Shown: positions 7,311-15,051 of the stretch, one piece after another
Position numbering within the stretch: the stretch's first letter is position 1
How the letters are laid out: every line of letters starts with the position of its first letter
IMG/VR virus record: IMGVR_UViG_3300028909_000001
Length of the DNA stretch: 64,000 nucleotides
Reading direction: 5' to 3' (one strand)
DNA from: a virus
Taxonomy: Duplodnaviria > Caudoviricetes
Translations under genes and position numbers: made by a program
Notes under the pieces: generated by a model
What the model saw: only the letters and a program-made list of their open reading frames with translations
What the model was told of the DNA's origin: nothing
Database searches by the model: none

Positions 7311-7684
7311 AACTAACAAAAAGAGCTGATAGATGGTATGACGAAAACGGTAATAGTTGGATAACTGAAGAACTAGCTACTACATATTCACCTACCTTAA
7401 CTAATTGTTATAATTGTAGAGATTGTAGTAGTTGTAGTAATTGTAGTAGTTGTATTAATTGTAGTTATTGTAGTGATTGTATTAATTGTAATAGTTGTAG
7501 AAGTTGTAGTCGTTGTAGTGCTTGTTATAATTGTATAGGTTGTAAAGGTTGCAAACAGTCAATAGAATTAGACTTTAAGAAAAACTATAAACCACAGCCT
7601 ATTAAATCTAAGAAAAAGAATAAAATTGCTAAAATTAGACAGGAATACAATATTAATGATAGAAAGCTAGAATTAGAATTATGA
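7307..7684 (+). CDS. (Cys-x-x)n repeat protein, family A copy 9
   Basis: Leader plus Cxx array; ends IRQEYNINDRKLELEL. Confidence 0.9.
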   Translation: MKLTKRADRWYDENGNSWITEELATTYSPTLTNCYNCRDCSSCSNCSSCINCSYCSDCINCNSCRSCSRCSACYNCIGCKGCKQSIELDFKKNYKPQPIKSKKKNKIAKIRQEYNINDRKLELEL

Positions 7685-7795
7685 AACTTCACATATTATA
7701 TAATATAGCAACAATGGCAGATATTAAGTTGACTAAGAATGAAGCTAGACCACTTAATTATAGCCCTCCCAGATATGTTCTGTTTTAATCTACCT

Positions 7796-7826
7796 AAGGT
7801 GATAGCTGCAAAGCACACCTTTTTTT
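7796..7826 (+). terminator. Probable intrinsic terminator ending the accessory array
   Basis: AAGGTG / CACCTT outer stem, inner GCT-GCAA-AGC (GNRA loop), T-run 7820-7826. Confidence 0.5.
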
Positions 7827-7880
7827 AGCTATCAGTAAGTTTGCCTTGAATATAGATTAACTTGATTGTATTATATAGTT

Positions 7881-8432
7881 ATGTCAGCTATTATCTCATT
7901 GTGTGAAAGGAATGGTGTTATACCAGGCTTGATTACAGAGAATATAAGCTCAATTAGTTGGAAAGCTGTAGATGATGTTACTACTCCATATAGTTCTTAT
8001 AATGCTGTCCTCAATCTAGGCAATAATAGCTATACTGTATATAATTATTTTAAATTTACTGGAGTATTTACAAGTATAGGAAATGTATCAGTTACTCATT
8101 TAACCGGTACCCTCCCTTCCGGAGTGAAATTAATGTCGAATCCAACTATAACTCAAACTAGTAATAGACCACTTTATATTACACCTACTACAGCAACTAC
8201 CTCCATCACCTCCAATGATTTAAGTAGTGTAGGTAGTTCAGTTAATCTGTTAATAGGTCCTGCTCCTAATAATGTAGATGGTGCTGGAGCTGATGGTAAG
8301 TCTAATGCAGCTGGTAATTCAGGAACTCCATTATATAGCACATATTTTATAACTCAATTACAAGTAGCCATCAATGCCAATGCTGGAGATTTAAACAATG
8401 TAATACTCCAGGTAAGTTATAATGAAGTTTAA
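7881..8432 (+). CDS. Probable virion structural protein (beta-rich, S/T/N-rich)
   Basis: ATG 7881 preferred over TTG 7866; NSYTVYNYFKFTG and YFITQLQV strands; sits at the head of the fibre cluster. Confidence 0.6.
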   Translation: MSAIISLCERNGVIPGLITENISSISWKAVDDVTTPYSSYNAVLNLGNNSYTVYNYFKFTGVFTSIGNVSVTHLTGTLPSGVKLMSNPTITQTSNRPLYITPTTATTSITSNDLSSVGSSVNLLIGPAPNNVDGAGADGKSNAAGNSGTPLYSTYFITQLQVAINANAGDLNNVILQVSYNEV

Positions 8433-8796
8433 ATATTTATACAAAGTAGTTTATAATGATGGGTCTACTTATGAACAGAATGAGGAAGATATTTCTATTA
8501 TAGATCCTACTAAAAGCTGTTATTCTGATCTTAAATTGGATGAAATTAAGACATTTACTCTCTATAATGACGAAAACTGGTTTAGTTTGGACCTAGCTAC
8601 ATTAACATTTTATTTTAAAAAGCATATAATATTTAAACCAACCCATACTAATCCTAACTATATAAAATTGAAGCACTTTAGAAGAAATACTATAACTATC
8701 CAAAGTGACGGTAAAATAATTAATACTGAGTATCATTTAGGTTATACTGGTGAAGATGATGGAAAACTTATAGGCGAGACGATAATCATAACATAA
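8422..8796 (+). CDS. Hypothetical protein (possible fibre chaperone)
   Basis: 124 aa, charged composition unlike its structural neighbours; function inferred from position only. Confidence 0.6.
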   Translation: MKFKYLYKVVYNDGSTYEQNEEDISIIDPTKSCYSDLKLDEIKTFTLYNDENWFSLDLATLTFYFKKHIIFKPTHTNPNYIKLKHFRRNTITIQSDGKIINTEYHLGYTGEDDGKLIGETIIIT

Positions 8797-8799
8797 TTT

Positions 8800-9897
8800 A
8801 TGGCTTTTACTTTTGATCTTCACAAGAACCTGGTTAGTACTTCAGTATTAGGTGCCCCTAGTCCAGCCCTATCCGGAACATCTTTAACTCTAGCTAGTGG
8901 TGGTGGAGCCTTATTTCCTAGCCCGCCATTTAATGTAGTAGTATATCCTACAGGTATTTTCCCAACCTTATTAAACTCGGAAATCTTTAGAGTTACTGCT
9001 GTTAGTGGGGATACATTTACAGCAATAACTAGAGCACAGGAAGGAACTAGTCCAAGGTCTATATTAGTAGGGGATATAATTAGTTTAGTAGTTACAGCAA
9101 AAACACTTACTGATATTGAATCTGCTATCAATACATTAGCAGCTACTACTTCTACTTTTGATGCCTCTGCTATTATATCCGGAACATTGCCTACGCTAAG
9201 AATGCCAGCCTTGACCGGAGATATAACAACTTCAGTAGGATCAGTATTAACTACCTTAGCTACAGTAAACTCTAATGTAGGTATTTTTGGTGATTTACAA
9301 CACATTCCAGTAATTACAGTTAATGCTAAAGGTTTGATTACTGCAGTTTCTACTCAAGCGGTATCAGGAGCTTCCTTCTTTCCAGACATAACCGATGCTG
9401 GAGGTATTGTTAGTGGTACAAGTTTAAATTACGTTAATTATATATATAATAACAGTAGTTTAAATATGACCAGGGATTTATATGGTAATTATACATTAGG
9501 GGTTACTGGAGTTAGGTTTAAAGAGAATATAGGGTGGCAATTATATCATATACCTACAACTTCCTGGTATACATTAATGAATTACGGCTCAACCCCCCAA
9601 CCAGCTTTTAATAATAACTTATTTAATAATAACTTCTCTAATGTGAGATTTATAGACAATCTAGGTTTTCAATTCTACAATACTTCTACTACTAAATGGC
9701 ATACGCTTCTTTGTATAAGTAATCCAGCCGAACTAGCTTTTGATGATGGAACCACAACTACAGGTTCAGGTAGTAACTTTAGATTTGATTTGGTAAAAGG
9801 TATGCAATATCATAATAGTACAACCAATCTATGGCATACCCTAACTACAGGCAATACCTCCTTACCCACACCTACATTAGATGCAGGTAATGTATAA
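8800..9897 (+). CDS. Tail-fibre-like protein
   Basis: N-terminal ITRAQEGTSPRS fibre-base motif, GDLQHIPVITVNAKGLITAVS fibre repeat, three C-terminal GxQ..N..T..WxTL modules. Confidence 0.7.
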   Translation: MAFTFDLHKNLVSTSVLGAPSPALSGTSLTLASGGGALFPSPPFNVVVYPTGIFPTLLNSEIFRVTAVSGDTFTAITRAQEGTSPRSILVGDIISLVVTAKTLTDIESAINTLAATTSTFDASAIISGTLPTLRMPALTGDITTSVGSVLTTLATVNSNVGIFGDLQHIPVITVNAKGLITAVSTQAVSGASFFPDITDAGGIVSGTSLNYVNYIYNNSSLNMTRDLYGNYTLGVTGVRFKENIGWQLYHIPTTSWYTLMNYGSTPQPAFNNNLFNNNFSNVRFIDNLGFQFYNTSTTKWHTLLCISNPAELAFDDGTTTTGSGSNFRFDLVKGMQYHNSTTNLWHTLTTGNTSLPTPTLDAGNV

Positions 9898-9899
9898 TT

Positions 9900-10412
9900 A
9901 TGAGTACAAATCTAATAACTAACAAGACTTTGGCTGCAACCTATGAATATGATGCCAATGCTATTCAAGTAGGTGGTGGCTGGACTTCTCCTACCTTTAC
10001 CGTAACTTTAGTAAATGGTACTAATCCTCCAGCTCAAGGTGCAGAAGTAAGTATCAATTATCTTATTACAAGTTCCAATCTACCTTTAACTAGTTCTGGT
10101 CTAATTGCTGGTTCGATTAGGCAGAATGTTGTAGTAGACGGTAATTCAGGGTCTACTACTATAAAGACTATTAATCCTTATAATAGTAACTTATTTGATT
10201 TTGAATCAAATACTAATCTTAATTTAACCGGTAATTATCTATATATTTGGATCTCTCATGATAATCTATATAATCCAGTAACATTATCTGTAGTAGGATC
10301 TAGTACATCAAATGGTTCATCGTTTATTTATAGCAATACCACTACTGGATTAAGTTATAATTTACAGTGTGTCAACAATCCTCCTCAACTCGCTTGGGTA
10401 GTATCTAATTAA
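9900..10412 (+). CDS. Virion-associated protein with C-terminal NNPPQLAW module
   Basis: Ends SSFIYSNTTTGLSYNLQCVNNPPQLAWVVSN, matching the repeats in 24290-26485. Confidence 0.65.
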   Translation: MSTNLITNKTLAATYEYDANAIQVGGGWTSPTFTVTLVNGTNPPAQGAEVSINYLITSSNLPLTSSGLIAGSIRQNVVVDGNSGSTTIKTINPYNSNLFDFESNTNLNLTGNYLYIWISHDNLYNPVTLSVVGSSTSNGSSFIYSNTTTGLSYNLQCVNNPPQLAWVVSN

Positions 10413-10415
10413 TTT

Positions 10416-12911
10416 ATGTTTAAGAAATTCATAGCATCATCAATCCTATTATTTAGTTTAGTATCAATCCAGGCTAATATTATATCAGTAGCTGTTATTA
10501 CTGATACTAATGGGGTTTTAGCAGGTTCAAGTACTAATCTATTCCAGACCAATGCTCCGGCTTTGGCTGCAACACTGACTAATAGCACAGTGTTAGGATT
10601 TACCATACCTCAGAATATCCTTAGTAATAATGCTACTGGACCTGTAACCTTTAGTAATAATGTAACCGTGAACAACACACTATTGGTGAGTGGTAATTTT
10701 ACGGCTACGAATGGCATTACACAGACAGCTAGTGAGACGATTTACGGACTAACTGGATTTGATTTCATTGGTGGCTTTCAGGCAATTAATACAACTACTC
10801 GACAGCTTCGTGATTCTGGTGGAAACTTAGTAGCAACGTGGACGAATGGATTTAACCTCGTCGAGCCATCGAATCTAGGCGCTGGGACTAATCTGTCCGG
10901 CCCAAACATCGTCGGTATTATCAACCCGACCAATCTACCTTCGTTTGTCACTAATGGCGCATCACCAGCATTGAATCTGGTCAACGCAACCAACTACTCG
11001 GTTTCCACCGCAACCGGCACGCTCCCAATCGCCAGCCTGCCAGGGAGTGTGGTGACGACGAATAACTACGTCAGCACAAATACTGCAATAACGATATATA
11101 ATGACACTCTTGCCAGAACTTACTGCAATACAAATCATGTATCAGACATTGAAGCACAGTCATTTCTTACAACAGCTTGGAATGATCAGTACGCATTAAG
11201 TGTCGCGTCTAATGTGGTGTCAGCTGGATGCTTTGATAGCCGGTTCAACCCCACCAATTACGATTTAATGCTGAACCCGATGACAGTCCCATTGGGGGTG
11301 AGCTACGGTTTTACAGGCCCGAACATCAACGGAGCACGGGAGTCCGGAACCAACATTTTCACGGTCAACATTGCCCCATTAACTAATTTCTTTGCGGTCT
11401 TATGGTATTGGAATAATGCCAGCAATATGGATGCAAATAACCTTAACGAGGGTAATGGGGCGTGTCCATGGGTGGCACTTTATAATACCAATAATTGGTC
11501 CGGCATTGCTGGTACGACCATTGACGTAAACCAAAATGAACAGATATGGGCAAGCCCATTTGGTACAAATTTCAACACTTATCAGAACCCATTTAATATT
11601 TCGACAAATCAAGCCAAGATCATGATGAATGGGCAGTACGATTCGCGCACACCGATGGGAATCCCTTATGTCATCGGCATTAGTGGTAACACCAATGGTC
11701 AAGCCAGTTATTGGTGCCAGTCGAAGCCTGGTTTCTTCACATTCGCGGCAGTGCCAACGAATGTCAACAACTTTGGTCCAGCAGGCGGCCCTTATAATCA
11801 ATTATGGATTGGTGGTGCTGGAACCAATTTTGCCTTGAGTGCACCTGGGAACTTCATCACCAACGCCGTGGGCACTCTGGGTGGTTATATCCTGTACAAT
11901 GTTAGTGCGGAAAATAACCCGTCTGTTGCTATCGCGGGATACAAATTTGCGACCGATTTAATGCGTTATCACTCGGCGGTTGATTTTGGCGGGTCGAGTC
12001 TCATTAATTTTGCTGTACCTGCCAAGTTCGTCGGTCTGGGAAGCGGCATTGTCTACACCAACTCGATGCCTTATTTGTTCGCGGTCGAGAACCCAGACGT
12101 GCTGACGCTTGTTGATGCTTCGCCCGGAAGCACGATGGCGACCTATAACAATGAGGGTTATGGGACAAACTCTTGGAGTCCGGGTGCCATGACCAACCTA
12201 AACCGCTTGCGCTATCCCAGTGTAATATTTGAGACTGATGGGCCGCGCAACGATGCCTTTGCCAACACGTCCATTGCCAATATTATCTCTTATTGGAACT
12301 CGTTTTATATCCCCTTATACAATGTGGGCATCCCAATTTGGTTAATAGATACACACTGGGACTACCGCTTTGGGGCGTCAACGAATCTGTATTGGAAGAA
12401 CGTGCAAGCGGCCTTGTATACCAACTTTCTGCAATCCATCGCCGGGGTAATCCGGGAGTCGGATTATGTGGGGTCAAATGTCGAGGCCGCATTTTCGGCC
12501 GACGTGCCCCCCATCCATCCTGACGCACGCACTCTTTTCGCGCACAATTTTAACCTCGGTTTCGCGGATCTCTGTGCATTCAAACCGTGGCCGTATCCGA
12601 ACTGGTCAGCAACATGGCTGAATTACAATTCCAGCATGGGGACGGTTGATGCCGGGATTCAGGGAATGCAACAGCTGTCGTTTCAATTGGGGGATACAAA
12701 TGGCGCACAACGCACGACATTTGATGGAAGTGCATTGACCAATCTAGTATATCGCATTTACAACTTAACGAGTACTCCGACATGGTTTGGAATTTCTAAC
12801 GTATCGCTTTTGTGGGAAAGCAACAATGCAGCAGGGACCGCTGTACCAATCGGATACAGAACGTACTTTGATGCTGGACAGGTGGCACATACAGCAGTGA
12901 CTGGATTCTAA
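10416..12911 (+). CDS. Large Asn/Thr-rich protein with signal-peptide-like N-terminus; receptor-binding or glycan-active candidate
   Basis: MFKKFIASSILLFSLVSIQA|N; first ~45 aa resemble 15052-16944; body is GC-rich relative to the rest of the window. Confidence 0.65.
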   Translation: MFKKFIASSILLFSLVSIQANIISVAVITDTNGVLAGSSTNLFQTNAPALAATLTNSTVLGFTIPQNILSNNATGPVTFSNNVTVNNTLLVSGNFTATNGITQTASETIYGLTGFDFIGGFQAINTTTRQLRDSGGNLVATWTNGFNLVEPSNLGAGTNLSGPNIVGIINPTNLPSFVTNGASPALNLVNATNYSVSTATGTLPIASLPGSVVTTNNYVSTNTAITIYNDTLARTYCNTNHVSDIEAQSFLTTAWNDQYALSVASNVVSAGCFDSRFNPTNYDLMLNPMTVPLGVSYGFTGPNINGARESGTNIFTVNIAPLTNFFAVLWYWNNASNMDANNLNEGNGACPWVALYNTNNWSGIAGTTIDVNQNEQIWASPFGTNFNTYQNPFNISTNQAKIMMNGQYDSRTPMGIPYVIGISGNTNGQASYWCQSKPGFFTFAAVPTNVNNFGPAGGPYNQLWIGGAGTNFALSAPGNFITNAVGTLGGYILYNVSAENNPSVAIAGYKFATDLMRYHSAVDFGGSSLINFAVPAKFVGLGSGIVYTNSMPYLFAVENPDVLTLVDASPGSTMATYNNEGYGTNSWSPGAMTNLNRLRYPSVIFETDGPRNDAFANTSIANIISYWNSFYIPLYNVGIPIWLIDTHWDYRFGASTNLYWKNVQAALYTNFLQSIAGVIRESDYVGSNVEAAFSADVPPIHPDARTLFAHNFNLGFADLCAFKPWPYPNWSATWLNYNSSMGTVDAGIQGMQQLSFQLGDTNGAQRTTFDGSALTNLVYRIYNLTSTPTWFGISNVSLLWESNNAAGTAVPIGYRTYFDAGQVAHTAVTGF

Positions 12912-12986
12912 CTATGACCCTAACCACCGCAATCCTGTTTTTGACCAATATTATTAAGTGAATTCCGAAATCAGACTTAAATTAAA

Positions 12987-14819
12987 ATGAAGATCGTGAA
13001 TCAAGTATTTATTCTATTATTGTTATCAATTAACTATATTTTAGCTTCTACCTCCATACCTAATGAGTATTGGGTATCTACAGTTAATACCGGTAATATC
13101 TTTCCTACTAATGGTACTATAGATAATCCATTAGACGGTTCAAATAATACTAATTTCGATTTGAATATGGGTCTAATCCCAGCAAATTCTACTATTCACT
13201 TATTAACAGGTACATTCCAAACTAAAGGATCGTGGCAAGGATATGGATTAAAGTCTGGACAGAAAGTATGCGGTAGTGGCATTGATAATACTATAGTCCA
13301 ATTAGTAGCACCAACTTTTGTAGGAGGTTCAGGAGTATCAGTAATGGGAAATTTTGGTTCAGTTACTAACAATGAGATACAAGACTTAACTATAGATTGT
13401 AATGTAAGTAATGTTTTAGATACATATAGTGGAGTTGGATTGATTGGTACAGAAAATAGTATAAGAAGAGTTAAGGTAATTAACTGCGGTAAATTTGGTG
13501 GCAATAGTGAGGCTTGGGGAATAGTGATAGCAAATTATTATTTACCAGACAGTATAGGAAATATTATAGAAGAATGTGAAGTATCTCAGTATAGGGGTGG
13601 TGGAGGTATCACTAGTATAGCATTAGCAGGTGGTGGAGATAATTTTGGTAGTAATTCAGAACCAGCTCAAACTATATCTGGTATTATAAGAAATAATAAA
13701 GTTATATTAGTTAGTACAAATTATCCTATATATTCAAAAGGTTCATGGTTTGGTATCGGTTTAGGTGGTTGGCAGCATGATGTATTGATTGAAGGCAATT
13801 ATCTAGAAGGTTGTGACGTTGGCATACCTGGAGATACGGGTTGGGCACATAATGTAATAATTCAAAATAATCAAATACTGGATTGTGATTACGGAGTAGA
13901 AGCTATAGGATTTGATAGAGTTAATATAACTATAGCCAATAATCATGTAAGGATATTAAGTTTCTTTAATAACTCAACTAATGTAGGAGCTGAACCATTT
14001 CCTCCCTGTGCATTCTATTTTTATCCAGGAACTATATATACTTCATTTACGAACATCTGGATAACAGGGAATGTAGTTGAATATGTAGCAGGTGTATCTA
14101 ATGCAATCTGGCAAGGATTCGTAGCTGGTGGGGCATTTACTGGATTAAATGTAAGCGGTAATAGTTATGATAGTTCAATGAATTATAATATATTTACCTG
14201 GGCACCTTCCATTAATGTAGCTATTCATAACAATACAGATTTATTCGGAAATCCAATGCTAGGTATAGGTACTAATATATTCACTGATCCTATAAATGTG
14301 AGGAATGATTTAACTGTAAATGGTGCTATAACAGGTAATGGGTCTACTATAACAAATATTAATACTACTAATTTGGTTGGGTTTATAACATCTTCATTAA
14401 TATCAGGTAACTACTCTAATATAGTTAACTTTACAAGTACTAGTAATACATTCATAGGTAATTATATAGGTAATGGAGTTAATCTTACTAATCTAACCGC
14501 CTCCAATCTATTACCTGGAACTTATTCTAATAACTTTACCGGTACTTTTAGTGGGAGTGGACTTAATCTAACTAATTTAAATACTACTAACCTAAATAAG
14601 GGTACAATTAGTTCTTCATTGATTTCTGGCACATATTCCAATACAATTAATCTTAACAACAATACTAATAAGTTAACTGGTACATTTTCAGGTAATGGTA
14701 GTGGAGTTACAAATATACCTTATCTAGGATTAATAGGTGGATTGACAACTAATGAAGTAATATCATCTAATATAACTCTAGTATATAGTAATGGGGTATT
14801 AGTAGGTATTAAGAAATAA
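12987..14819 (+). CDS. Right-handed beta-helix (pectate-lyase-like) protein with signal peptide and C-terminal GNGxNLTNL repeats
   Basis: KVCGSGIDNTIVQL and NNEIQDLTIDCN, repeated I-x-x-N-x-I/V turns; hydrophobic N-terminus. Confidence 0.75.
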   Translation: MKIVNQVFILLLLSINYILASTSIPNEYWVSTVNTGNIFPTNGTIDNPLDGSNNTNFDLNMGLIPANSTIHLLTGTFQTKGSWQGYGLKSGQKVCGSGIDNTIVQLVAPTFVGGSGVSVMGNFGSVTNNEIQDLTIDCNVSNVLDTYSGVGLIGTENSIRRVKVINCGKFGGNSEAWGIVIANYYLPDSIGNIIEECEVSQYRGGGGITSIALAGGGDNFGSNSEPAQTISGIIRNNKVILVSTNYPIYSKGSWFGIGLGGWQHDVLIEGNYLEGCDVGIPGDTGWAHNVIIQNNQILDCDYGVEAIGFDRVNITIANNHVRILSFFNNSTNVGAEPFPPCAFYFYPGTIYTSFTNIWITGNVVEYVAGVSNAIWQGFVAGGAFTGLNVSGNSYDSSMNYNIFTWAPSINVAIHNNTDLFGNPMLGIGTNIFTDPINVRNDLTVNGAITGNGSTITNINTTNLVGFITSSLISGNYSNIVNFTSTSNTFIGNYIGNGVNLTNLTASNLLPGTYSNNFTGTFSGSGLNLTNLNTTNLNKGTISSSLISGTYSNTINLNNNTNKLTGTFSGNGSGVTNIPYLGLIGGLTTNEVISSNITLVYSNGVLVGIKK

Positions 14820-14820
14820 T

Positions 14821-15048
14821 ATGAATACGAACGAAATTCAATTAGCACAACAAATAGCTAGTGCAGCAGGTTATCATTTAAGTGGTTATGAAGTAGCATT
14901 ACTACTTGCACTCCCTCACACACTCTATCTTCATATCTGGGCTTGTATTAAGTTCTGGACTCAATTAGGTGGGTGGAAGGGTGTTAGTCTATTCTTTAAA
15001 ACTGGTACTTTAAATCCAGAGATAATTGAGGAAGTTAAACCGAAATAA
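14821..15048 (+). CDS. Small membrane protein (holin-like, unconfirmed)
   Basis: 75 aa, one hydrophobic segment, WTQLGGWKG motif, charged tail. Confidence 0.5.
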   Translation: MNTNEIQLAQQIASAAGYHLSGYEVALLLALPHTLYLHIWACIKFWTQLGGWKGVSLFFKTGTLNPEIIEEVKPK

Positions 15049-15051
15049 TTT

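Noticed and set aside
40-7540. Diversity-generating retroelement (variable codons are mostly NNT, derivable from AAT by A-to-N change)
   Set aside because: There is no reverse transcriptase, template repeat or IMH-like element in the window. C is almost absent from the variable positions, AGA and TGG codons recur, and variation includes length changes. Slippage plus recombination explains it better. A genome-wide RT search and adenine-specific read variation would reopen this.
1-7684. CRISPR array or non-coding tandem repeat
   Set aside because: The repeats are 9-bp in-frame codon units or whole genes, with no constant 25-45-bp repeat separated by unique spacers and no cas genes.
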